Positions 17,734 to 26,515 of a stretch of DNA of 64,000 nucleotides are shown piece by piece. A model generated the notes under the pieces. That model made no database searches, was not told where the DNA came from, and was given only the letters and a program-made list of their open reading frames with translations. The DNA is taken from the NCBI GenBank assembly GCA_015494465.1, contig WGBD01000004.1, positions 132,627-196,626 of the forward strand, given 5' to 3'. Position numbers and translations under genes: made by a program. Source of the DNA: Candidatus Omnitrophota bacterium. GTDB taxonomy: Bacteria > Omnitrophota > Gorgyraeia > S143-82. How positions within the stretch are numbered: the first letter of the stretch is position 1; each line of letters opens with the position of its first letter.

Positions 17734-19317
17734 TCAGACATGGACCAGAGGATTTATCTCTGGGAAGATGTTGTTCTTTTCCTCCAAAGAGGAGAGAAAG
17801 TCCTCGTCGACATTGCCCTGTTTTATCTCTTCGTAAAGCTTGTTGAAGTTCAACAGGTGCTCCTTCGTCCTCTTCACCGCGTACTCCACATGGGTACCAG
17901 TGTGCATGATGAAGGCCCAATCCGAACTCTGGGCCAACAACAACTCCCTCAAGGCCTGCTTTAGGGCCCGCTGAACCCTAGGGTCTGTGCTGCCTCCGTA
18001 GACCTTCACCAACTCGGTCATCCTCTCCGAGGCCTTGTGGAGGTGCTTGTATATCCAATCGTTAGATCCGTTCAACCATACCTCGCAATACCCTTTCCAT
18101 CCCCAGCTGGAGAAGGACGGCGTTACCACCTGATTCCTGGGGTACTCGTTGAGGTATTCCGACGGAGTGATCGTCTTGATGGTCTTCTGGTCGTAGTGGA
18201 TCTTCTTGAACAGAAACTCCAACCACAACGGCCCCTCAAACCACCAGTGTCCAAACAGCTCCGCGTCGTAAGGCGCAACGATGATCGGTTTCCTGTCCAT
18301 TATACTGGCAAGGTATTCCACCTGCTTCTCCCGATTGAACATGAAATTCCCGGCGTGCTCAGCCGCCTTCTGCAGGGCCCGGTCGGGATCGTAGACCTCC
18401 TTGTGATCGGTCTTTCCAGTGATGCGGTAGTACTTGATCCCGGTGTGCATCCTCAATCCGTTAGGTTGGATGTAGGGCTTGATGTAGTCGAACTCCAGAT
18501 CGTAGCCTATGTCCCGGTAGAAGTCGCGGTACCAGTAGTCTCCGGGATACCCTTCAACCGCAGACCAGACTTGTTTAGAGGACTCCATGTCCCTGCCAAA
18601 CACCGCTACGCCAGAGCGGGTGTAAACTGGGGCGTATACCCCGTACTTTGGCCGGGGCGTGCCGTGGAGGATCCCGTGGGATTCTACGAAAAAGAACCTT
18701 ATACCGAACTCCCGAAGGATCTCGTCGTGTCCTGGATGATAACCGCACTCCGCAAGCCATATTCCCCTAGGGGCCCTGCCAAATACCTTGGAGTGGAAGT
18801 CCACCGCTACCGCGACCTGGGCCCGAACGGAGGGCCGGGTGGTCTCCATCAACGGGAAGAAACCGTGGGTAGCAGAGCAGGTGATGATCTCTAAGTAGCC
18901 CTTGTCCTGATACTCCTTAAAGGCCTGGACTATGTTTTTGCCGTACTCCAAGAAGGTATCCTTGGCGTCGCAAAAGCGATTCAAGTACATTATTGCCAGG
19001 CGCTGGAATTCGGGTTGCCAACGGGTGCGCTCCACTTCCTTGTGGCAGAGCTCAATCAACTGATCTAGCCTCTTGAGGTACTTGTCCTGCAGGTGAGGGT
19101 CCATCAACATAGAGACCAGAGGAGGGGTCATGGACATGGTCAAGCGGAAGTCGACCTTTTCCCTCTCCAGCCTCTTAAACATCCAGATGAGCGGGATGTA
19201 GGTCTCAGAGATGGCCTCGAAGAGCCACTGCTCCTCTAGATAAAAGTCGTATTCTGGATGGCGAACGAAGGGCAAGTGGGCGTGCAGTACCAGACACAGA
19301 TATCCCTTAGGCATCAC
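17734..19317 (-). CDS. Glycoside hydrolase family 57 protein (1,4-alpha-glucan branching enzyme type).
   Basis: LVLHAHLPFVRHPEY N-terminus and WGW...H motifs typical of GH57. Confidence 0.8.
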   Translation of the reverse strand: MMPKGYLCLVLHAHLPFVRHPEYDFYLEEQWLFEAISETYIPLIWMFKRLEREKVDFRLTMSMTPPLVSMLMDPHLQDKYLKRLDQLIELCHKEVERTRWQPEFQRLAIMYLNRFCDAKDTFLEYGKNIVQAFKEYQDKGYLEIITCSATHGFFPLMETTRPSVRAQVAVAVDFHSKVFGRAPRGIWLAECGYHPGHDEILREFGIRFFFVESHGILHGTPRPKYGVYAPVYTRSGVAVFGRDMESSKQVWSAVEGYPGDYWYRDFYRDIGYDLEFDYIKPYIQPNGLRMHTGIKYYRITGKTDHKEVYDPDRALQKAAEHAGNFMFNREKQVEYLASIMDRKPIIVAPYDAELFGHWWFEGPLWLEFLFKKIHYDQKTIKTITPSEYLNEYPRNQVVTPSFSSWGWKGYCEVWLNGSNDWIYKHLHKASERMTELVKVYGGSTDPRVQRALKQALRELLLAQSSDWAFIMHTGTHVEYAVKRTKEHLLNFNKLYEEIKQGNVDEDFLSSLEEKNNIFPEINPLVHV

Positions 19318-20483
19318 CTAGTCTCCTTGCTAACCACTGGGGTAATCGTGATCTCGTCGACTCGATCTGAAGATACAGCCTTTACGGGTATCTCTTGGAC
19401 GCCGTCGGGGAGGGCAAACCTCAAACTGAAAGTCCCATCGGGCCGAAGCTGGATCTTCTGGCCTTGGACGGTGACCTCGGCGTCTGGCTCCGTTGCCCCG
19501 TAGACGATCAACTCGGTATTCACCACCAGCCAGAAACCGCGTTCTTTCTTCTCCACGCCAGCGCTGGGCTTGAGCATGTGGGCACTTCCGCCCCAGGAGC
19601 TGACCGCACCCGAACTGATTGGAGAGACGAACTGCTCCCTCCACAGCCCGTGGATCTGGGCGGAGCTAAGGCCTGCCCCGATCCCTCCAAAACCGACCGA
19701 AAGCCCGTAGAGCTTGTTGAACAGCTCCTCTGGCACCGCCCATTCCTCGTCAGTTATCCAGGAAGGGCCATCCAAAGGAGTGGCCACGACATTCGAGCGC
19801 ACCACAGGATAGAACTTACCATCCGGAGCTAACCATCCCATCTCCGCCACCCAAGACCTGCCAGGGGCATTTACATTTATGTACCATCTCTCCGCACCGT
19901 ACGGGATCACCACATCGAAGTAGTAATGGGCGTTATTCCCGTTGAAGTCGATATGGCTGATGTCGTAAACCCGCATGACGAACTGACTAGCGGACCTCTC
20001 CTCCTCGGGTATATCCTCCCGCCGGCGAGAGACCTCCTCGGGTATCAACTCCCAATAGGCAAATAGCCACCAAGGATCGCGCACCATAAGGACCAGTTTG
20101 TTGTCCCCGTAGTAAGAAGGCAGGTCCTCAGGAAGAGGCGCCGGGGCCTTCTCTTCCTGGGCCACGAAGTACTTGGCGTCCTCTACCCGCTCTTGTGGGC
20201 TCAACAGGACATCGTCTATGGAGGTAAGCACCTGCACCGCAGGCGCACCGATAGAGACCTCCTGAGAGCTGACGGGCTTGACGCCCTTTTTGAGCCTGCG
20301 CTTTATCGTCTTGGCCACTGCCTTGACCTTGCGGGCAACCGCCTTGACCTTGCTCTTGGTCTTGGCAGAGGCCTTGGTCTTGGTGGCTTTGGTGGTTGGC
20401 TTGCGTCCCCGCTTTACCGATCTCTTACGCCGTTCAGCGCTGGAAACGGTCTTCCCCTTGCTGTCAGCACTCTTACGCGGCAT
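19314..20483 (-). CDS. DUF4912-domain protein with a Lys-rich histone-like N-terminal tail (GH57 partner).
   Basis: WWLFAYWEL core of DUF4912. N-terminal K/A/T-rich 70 aa. Stop/start overlaps the GH57 gene. Confidence 0.6.
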   Translation of the reverse strand: MPRKSADSKGKTVSSAERRKRSVKRGRKPTTKATKTKASAKTKSKVKAVARKVKAVAKTIKRRLKKGVKPVSSQEVSIGAPAVQVLTSIDDVLLSPQERVEDAKYFVAQEEKAPAPLPEDLPSYYGDNKLVLMVRDPWWLFAYWELIPEEVSRRREDIPEEERSASQFVMRVYDISHIDFNGNNAHYYFDVVIPYGAERWYINVNAPGRSWVAEMGWLAPDGKFYPVVRSNVVATPLDGPSWITDEEWAVPEELFNKLYGLSVGFGGIGAGLSSAQIHGLWREQFVSPISSGAVSSWGGSAHMLKPSAGVEKKERGFWLVVNTELIVYGATEPDAEVTVQGQKIQLRPDGTFSLRFALPDGVQEIPVKAVSSDRVDEITITPVVSKETR

Positions 20484-20524
20484 AGGCCCTCCCTATAATG
20501 CAAAGGCTATCAACGGTCACCTCT

Positions 20525-20929
20525 CTACGGACGAACCCCCATCTCTTCCAGTTTCTCCTTAGGCAGTAACTTGGACATGTCCTTTATGTTCTTCTCCAAG
20601 ATCGCCTTCAGGTTCTCTAGATCGCGGACCTCGTTCCTCAACTTCCGGATCTCCCTCTGGGCGCGGGCCAACTCTTCTTTCAACCTCTTGTTCTCGGAGA
20701 CGAGGGCCTTGTTCTGGGCGACGATCTGGTTGGCCTTTTGCTCTAGCTCTTTCAGGGCCTTATCCAGCTTCTTTGCCTCCTGCTCCAACGCACTCCTCTT
20801 GGCGGTTTCCTCTCTCAATTGAGCAGAGAGCTTCCTTGCCTTAGCACCCGCTAAAACCCCAAAGAGCACCGCGATAACGGTTATGGCCACCAACGCCACT
20901 ACGCCAAACTTCCTGGTCTCTTCTACCAT
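20525..20929 (-). CDS. Membrane-anchored coiled-coil protein.
   Basis: N-terminal transmembrane helix, then a heptad-rich region (LEQEAKKLDKALKELEQKANQ...). Confidence 0.4.
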   Translation of the reverse strand: MVEETRKFGVVALVAITVIAVLFGVLAGAKARKLSAQLREETAKRSALEQEAKKLDKALKELEQKANQIVAQNKALVSENKRLKEELARAQREIRKLRNEVRDLENLKAILEKNIKDMSKLLPKEKLEEMGVRP

Positions 20930-20941
20930 CTCCCCCTCCTT

Positions 20942-21637
20942 TTACTTGAGTTCCAAATCCTCACCTTTTACCACATTATTCCCCTCTATGGGCGTCTGCT
21001 CCACGGATACCTTTCTCAATTCCGGAAGGATGACTATCTCCACCCTGCGGTTTTTCCTGCGCCCCTCCTCGGTGGAGTTGTCCGCTATGGGCCTGTACTC
21101 CCCGTAGCCTATAGCAGTGAGTCTCTGAGGAGGCACCCCCTTCTTGATGAGGTAATGGACCACATTAACCGCTCGAGCAGTGGATAGCTCCCAATTGGAC
21201 TTCCAATGGGAGTACTTTATGGGCTGATTGTCCGTGTGCCCCTCCACCCCCACATTCCTATCTGCGATCTTGTACTTCAATATCTCTGCCACCTTATCCA
21301 AGATGGGGTAGGCCTCGGGCTTTATGTCCGCCTTGCCTGAGTCGAAGAGGATGTCAGAGGTAAGGGTGATAACTACGCCCCTGTTGGTGAGATCCAGTTT
21401 TACCTCTTTATTGGCTATCTCTTCCTTCAACCTCTGCTCTAAAAGGGCCTTTATCTTCTTAAGCTCCTCCAGTTCGGTCTTCTGGATCTTGAGGGCATTC
21501 TCCTTCTCCTGGAGCTCCTTCTCCAGCTGATTTATCTTTTCCACATCCGAGCTCAAACGACTTTGGATGACTATGGAACAACCCGCACTGACCAGGCCAA
21601 AGACCAATACGAGACCTAACCTTGCGAGGACCTTCAT
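20942..21637 (-). CDS. OmpA/MotB-family peptidoglycan-binding lipoprotein.
   Basis: Start MKVLARLGLVLVFGLVSAGCS (lipobox) at 21637 with SD AAAGGGGG. C-terminal OmpA domain (GHTDN...NRRVEI). The longer track ORF (to 21748) would run into the tmRNA gene. Confidence 0.75.
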   Translation of the reverse strand: MKVLARLGLVLVFGLVSAGCSIVIQSRLSSDVEKINQLEKELQEKENALKIQKTELEELKKIKALLEQRLKEEIANKEVKLDLTNRGVVITLTSDILFDSGKADIKPEAYPILDKVAEILKYKIADRNVGVEGHTDNQPIKYSHWKSNWELSTARAVNVVHYLIKKGVPPQRLTAIGYGEYRPIADNSTEEGRRKNRRVEIVILPELRKVSVEQTPIEGNNVVKGEDLELK

Positions 21638-21677
21638 AACGCCCCCTTTCGGATTAACTTTAATCCCTACGATAAAA

Positions 21678-22067
21678 TGGTGGAGGTGCGGGGAATCGAA
21701 CCCCGGTCCCTGTCGCCGACCTCGGTGAGGCCCTACATGCTTAGCCATCCTTTTGATCTTTCCGGATAACCAGCCGGATGGCGGGCCGATTATCCGGGCA
21801 GCCCTTTCCTACCGATCGGGATACAAGGGCGAACTCTCCCGACGGGCGGTCTAGGCCGACCGTCACCTTACCCCGACCGCGAAAGTAAGGCAACGGGCCT
21901 GGCTCGTATTAGGCCAGGGCAAGGGCAGAGCCATTAGCAATGGCCTCTGCCTCAGCGATCAGTGCATCGTCGGCACTTATTTGCCACGGGTTTTTTACGA
22001 GGCCACCCGTACCTCGGCATGCACCTCAACCAAGGCCTTTCAGCGCAGGTCGAGTCCGTACACCCCC
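21678..22067 (-). ncRNA. ssrA: tmRNA (ssrA).
   Basis: Reverse complement begins GGGGGTGTACGGACTCGACCTGCGCTGAAAGGCC...GGTGCATGCCGAGG...GGCCTCGTAAAAAACC and ends GGGGTTCGATTCCCCGCACCTCCACCA. It aligns closely to the E. coli tmRNA 5' tRNA-like domain, pseudoknot 1 and T-arm/acceptor/CCA. The internal reading frame ends ...GSALALA-TAA. Confidence 0.9.
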
Positions 22068-22160
22068 AATTTTCAAAGGACATCGCAGTTCACACTATTT
22101 TACTCTCTTCCATTTTCTCAAGCAAACACTATTTGAATAATTTACACCTCACCGGGGATC

Positions 22161-23066
22161 TCACCTCGGTGCGGCATCTAGAAGCGCCCTCAAGCGGGTA
22201 TTTCTTATCAAGAGAATCTGATTCCTTTCGCATCCCAAGTAATTGGCTACCACATCGCACTTGGCCCGGAACAGGAAAAAGACCTCCCTATCCACCTCTG
22301 AAAGGGATTCGAAGTTTCCCTGCCCCTTGCTTATCACCATGTCCGCAGACCAAAAGACTTTCAAGAACCCCTCGTCCGCCTTATCCAGCACCACTCCCGG
22401 AGCGGGTACACCAGTAGTCACGATCTCACATAGTTTATCAAGACCCACTGCCCTTGCTTCCTCTTCGGTCACATCGTTGATTATGGGTCCACCTCTCACC
22501 GCAAACCAGATCCGGATCTCTGGGAACCTCTCCCGCAGTAACTCTACGAAAAGCTTATCGAAGACGACCTCACCACAATTATCGCCTATGTAGAGCAGGG
22601 TCCGAGCCTCCTCGAGGCTGGAGAGAAATGCAGAGATCTCGAAGTACGGAGACTCGACCATTTCGTGAGAAGAATTTAATATCGTCTCCACCTCCCTCAA
22701 GACATCGACATCTTGGGCAACCCCAAAGTCTATGATGTTCCCCGCAATGGCAAACAGTAAGGCCCTCCTAAGCGGATTTGGGCTTTCGAGGATCTTTGCC
22801 TTGAGCTCGCTCTCCACCGCCAGCACCGCCTGATTGCTGTGATCCTTCAAGCCCTCGTAGGGATCGGCCGTACCGCTGATCTCAGCCACCGCCCGGTAAA
22901 CGCCAATAGCGAACTCCGGAGGGGAGATCTCGTCCTTTATACTGCAAAACTGGCATCCTATTGCCCTCAAGATCTCTTTAACCACCGGCTCCTCCAATCC
23001 CAGCACCGAACGCAATCCAAGGGCCTGACGCATAAAACAAGGGGCACACTCCAACTGCCACCTCAT
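22161..23066 (-). CDS. DUF89-family protein (ARMT1-like damage-control phosphatase).
   Basis: GDNCGE motif and overall DUF89 pattern. Translationally coupled to the upstream 1088-aa gene. Confidence 0.55.
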   Translation of the reverse strand: MRWQLECAPCFMRQALGLRSVLGLEEPVVKEILRAIGCQFCSIKDEISPPEFAIGVYRAVAEISGTADPYEGLKDHSNQAVLAVESELKAKILESPNPLRRALLFAIAGNIIDFGVAQDVDVLREVETILNSSHEMVESPYFEISAFLSSLEEARTLLYIGDNCGEVVFDKLFVELLRERFPEIRIWFAVRGGPIINDVTEEEARAVGLDKLCEIVTTGVPAPGVVLDKADEGFLKVFWSADMVISKGQGNFESLSEVDREVFFLFRAKCDVVANYLGCERNQILLIRNTRLRALLDAAPR

Positions 23067-26000
23067 AAACCATCGCTCCCCATTAGCAGGACGCCACCTT
23101 TCTCCTTCTCTTTTCGTCCCTCCTTTAAGCGCCTAAGGACCTCTTCCCTGGACTTTATCACTACATCCCAGGCCACCTTGACCGACTTTACTGAGACCGC
23201 GTCGGAGACATTATATAGCAGACGGATGTCTTCAACAACCTCTTCTGGGACATCCTTTAAAGGAAGCCCTGAGAAGGAAAGCGCGTCTGCAAGAGAGATA
23301 AGCAGGCCATTGCATATCCTCTGCTTGATGATACCAGGTGCATTCTCTATCGTGTCGTAAAGGCCCTTGGCGTAGCCTGTCCACCACCTAAACCAGGGTT
23401 CTTCCCTCAGGAAGTCGGCCAACGGGGTCTCTCCCTTCAGGAGGCCGATCAGGTAATCGTATCCCTGCCTACTCGCCCGACGGTACTTTTCCTGGCTCAC
23501 CGACAGTCTAAACGGTGGAAGGTACCTCACCAGCCTACCTGCCTCTCCTTTGGCTAATAACTCCTCCTTGAGGTCCCGGGCGTACCTAAAGCCATCGGGC
23601 CAGCGACGCTCGTCGGAGAACCTGCCTGCCATAAACAAGGCCTTACCTGCCAAAGCGGAGAGCAGTTGCTCGGTCAGGGCCTCGTTAAAGAACACGGAAA
23701 ACAGGAACCAGGCCATGGGAGAGGTCTCCCCCGCCTTGTAGCGGTTGTAGGCGTGTCTCCAAGACAACAGTTGCATCTTAGAGGCATCCTCTAGATCCAA
23801 GAGACCTCTTATCTCCAGTCCCCGCTTCAAAGCAAGGTCTATTAGGCCAAACAGGAGAAGGGCCTTACCCTCCTTAGTCAGCCCTTCTTCCCCCCAGTAG
23901 ACATCGGGAATAGCCACCAAGGCCCGTTCTGGGTCGAGGTAAACCGGAGCAGAAAAGACCGTGTAAGGGACTTTCACCACGCTGAGATCTAGTTTCCCAG
24001 ATCTTACCAACCTTAGGAGCCTGCTCTTTAGAGGGGACTCCACCAATCCGGCCTCGACCAGTCCGATCAACGCCCGTCTTCTCCACTCAACCCTCCCCTG
24101 CACTGGGATGGTGAACTGGACCTCCCCCTCGGTCGTCCGTTGGAGGAAGCGCAGTCTCTCCTTCTCACTAGCAATCAATCTCTCTTCCGAATCGAAAAAT
24201 AGGGCATCCTTCTGCTCGATGAAGTACCAGGTCAAGAAGATCTCGAGGACCTTGTACGCTGGGACCTTCTTCCCGATTATCGCCAGTTTCTTGGGATCAG
24301 GATTAAGGGCCAACCAGGTCCTAACCAATTTGGGGGCAACCAAGACATCCCCCAGGGCAGAGTAAAAGAGCCGATACCCTCTTTTCCCAAAACGATGAAA
24401 GTCCTTTTGGGCCTCCAACCACTGGGAAACATTCTGAAAGAACTCCTCGTAGAGCTCAGGGTGGTTGGCTATCACAGAAAACGGCTGGACTATCCGGTGA
24501 TAGAGCATCGCGGAAAGAAAGGAGTAAACAACCCTCTTCTGCCTATCAGACAGTTCTCGGAAAGCAGAAGAGACCTTTTCGGGGGCAACCGAGGACAAGG
24601 CTTTCTTCATCCATTCGCGGATGGTCCGGGCCCCATCGGGGAAAGACCTATTGACCACGGCCATCCGCAGTATCCCCAACCTCAAGCGAACGGGGACATT
24701 ACTCAGTTCCTCGTTCAGACCGAGCAAGAACCCTCGGACCTCTCCTGGCAGGGCTTCCAACCTACTAAGGATCAAACCCCTCCCAGTGTACATCCAAGAC
24801 AAGGCCTTACCGAAGTCTTCCCCAGTGTAGGCCAGAAAAAAGATTCCCAGGATCTCAACCACCTCTTCGTAAAGACTGCGCTCGTTCTTTATCCGCGAGG
24901 CAGAGAACCCTAAATAAGAGCGGAACAGCTTCTGCCACCTCTTTACTACTAGATCCGAACCGTAGCGTTGGGCCAGGTAGGACTTATCCACCTCCTTAGA
25001 GAATCCCCTTCCCCTAACCCTGATGGCTATCCCATCTTTGCCCTTCAGGATATCTACCTTGATCTGGGAAAGGAGCGTCCACAGGTGCAAGAGCTCGTGG
25101 AGTAGGACATACCTACCAGTCTCGTTTAAGTCTTGGTTTTGAGAGAAACACTCAGGGGAAAGCAGGATGTGCGTCTGCTTAGTGCGGGGCTCGACTACTA
25201 TTGCCCCGTATATGTCGTGATAGGAATCCGAGAGCCTGTAGACACCCACCTCGGTTATGCCGTTGCTCTTACAGGCCTGGGCAAGCCAACCGCGGAACAC
25301 CTTCTCGACCCAACTACCCCAATCGCTTGCCAACTCTCCCCAGACCTCACCAACAAATTCGCTCCCATCCCAAAGGACGAAGACTTGCTCTGCAGAGACC
25401 TTTCTCTCCTCTTGGCCTTCCCCACGGAATCGTGGGAATAAGCTAATGGACAGGACCTTCTTCCCCTCCGGAGAACGATAAGGCTCTCCTAGATGCAGAC
25501 CGAATATGCCCAACCTAAGGTAGTCCCGCACCTTTATCCGCTGGGGAGATATATGGTGAGCAGGAAACACTCTCACCGTATTCGGAGAAGAGAGATAGAT
25601 CCCTCCCATTAACGGGGCCCCTGCTTCTAATCCCGGCCTCAAGTAGGTGTCGAGGCACCTGCGTTTATTCCAAGAAATTAATCCCCCAACACTGGGATCG
25701 ATCTCCTCCAGGTCTATCCTCGTCCTCAGCCAACGGGAGATCAACCATAGGCGGTAAAAGTCCCTCAACTCCTCATACTCCCTATCCCGGGAGTTGAGCC
25801 TGGATTCCAGTTTCTCTCTAATCGTCTCTAAGACCAAGGCGGTCTCTTCGTCAACGGGCCCATAGACCTGATAATTCACCTTAAACCTCACCTCAAACAC
25901 CCCAAAGGCCTCCTCTGCTTCGGTTACCCACGCGGTGTTTGGTTCGATCCACCACCTCAATGAAATACCGTTACCTAGCTCTAGTCCCGCTTCCTTAATA

Positions 26001-26329
26001 AGGCGCCCAGCATCTTCCTTTAGGCGCAGATCCATCCTCACCAACCACTCCCCTGCGGGGGACGAGACCAGATTCTGAGAGACCAGATTATTTTCCAGGA
26101 CCTGGGGGTGGAGGTTTACCCAACAGCTATCTCCTTCCACCCCCAACAGGTCGTATAAGGTCCACACCAGGTGATCTCCATCTATCTGAGCTCCGGAATG
26201 GTGCAGAGAAAGGTCTTCAAACCCCTCCCCCTCCATTACCACAGCTATGCCCTCGTCGTAGGCTAGCGAAGAGGCGGAGACGATCAAACTCGTGAACATC
26301 ACCGCAAGGACGAGCCTAATCCTCGACAT
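23063..26329 (-). CDS. Large secreted hypothetical protein (1088 aa) with an HExxH motif.
   Basis: Signal peptide MSRIRLVLAVMFTSLIVSASSLA. YVLLHELLHLW (HExxH) at about residue 410. SD AAAGGAGG precedes ATG 26329. Confidence 0.5.
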   Translation of the reverse strand: MSRIRLVLAVMFTSLIVSASSLAYDEGIAVVMEGEGFEDLSLHHSGAQIDGDHLVWTLYDLLGVEGDSCWVNLHPQVLENNLVSQNLVSSPAGEWLVRMDLRLKEDAGRLIKEAGLELGNGISLRWWIEPNTAWVTEAEEAFGVFEVRFKVNYQVYGPVDEETALVLETIREKLESRLNSRDREYEELRDFYRLWLISRWLRTRIDLEEIDPSVGGLISWNKRRCLDTYLRPGLEAGAPLMGGIYLSSPNTVRVFPAHHISPQRIKVRDYLRLGIFGLHLGEPYRSPEGKKVLSISLFPRFRGEGQEERKVSAEQVFVLWDGSEFVGEVWGELASDWGSWVEKVFRGWLAQACKSNGITEVGVYRLSDSYHDIYGAIVVEPRTKQTHILLSPECFSQNQDLNETGRYVLLHELLHLWTLLSQIKVDILKGKDGIAIRVRGRGFSKEVDKSYLAQRYGSDLVVKRWQKLFRSYLGFSASRIKNERSLYEEVVEILGIFFLAYTGEDFGKALSWMYTGRGLILSRLEALPGEVRGFLLGLNEELSNVPVRLRLGILRMAVVNRSFPDGARTIREWMKKALSSVAPEKVSSAFRELSDRQKRVVYSFLSAMLYHRIVQPFSVIANHPELYEEFFQNVSQWLEAQKDFHRFGKRGYRLFYSALGDVLVAPKLVRTWLALNPDPKKLAIIGKKVPAYKVLEIFLTWYFIEQKDALFFDSEERLIASEKERLRFLQRTTEGEVQFTIPVQGRVEWRRRALIGLVEAGLVESPLKSRLLRLVRSGKLDLSVVKVPYTVFSAPVYLDPERALVAIPDVYWGEEGLTKEGKALLLFGLIDLALKRGLEIRGLLDLEDASKMQLLSWRHAYNRYKAGETSPMAWFLFSVFFNEALTEQLLSALAGKALFMAGRFSDERRWPDGFRYARDLKEELLAKGEAGRLVRYLPPFRLSVSQEKYRRASRQGYDYLIGLLKGETPLADFLREEPWFRWWTGYAKGLYDTIENAPGIIKQRICNGLLISLADALSFSGLPLKDVPEEVVEDIRLLYNVSDAVSVKSVKVAWDVVIKSREEVLRRLKEGRKEKEKGGVLLMGSDGL

Positions 26330-26457
26330 GACAGCCTCCTTTAAAGATCACACAAGGTTAAATAAAACTTTTTAAAAATTAGCAACAACTACCTACAAAA
26401 ACCAAGTTAACGCCCTTATTCCTCAAGTGATTTTATTATGGTAACACAGATCTACCC

Positions 26458-26488
26458 AAAGAAAAAGGCCTGCGCTAATGCACAGGCC
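26458..26488 (-). terminator. Rho-independent terminator downstream of the MCP gene.
   Basis: On the minus strand: GGCCTGTGCATTAGCGCAGGCC followed by TTTTTCTTT. Confidence 0.6.
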
Positions 26489-26515
26489 TCCACTTCAATC
26501 AGAAGACCTGGGCTA

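Noticed and set aside
18037-18894. 285-aa plus-strand ORF.
   Set aside because: It lies entirely inside the GH57 gene on the opposite strand, with Pro/Arg/Gly/Val-rich shadow-frame composition.
20942-21748. Track ORF extending the OmpA-like lipoprotein by 37 codons (MAKHVGPHRGRRQGPGFDSPHLHHF...).
   Set aside because: The extension overlaps the 3' end of the tmRNA gene. The internal ATG at 21637 is preceded by a strong SD and begins a canonical lipoprotein signal peptide.
20525-22160. Possible genomic island integrated at the tmRNA 3' end.
   Set aside because: No integrase, no direct repeat of the tmRNA 3' end, and no compositional change. The downstream genes are ordinary (an OmpA-like protein, glycogen enzymes).
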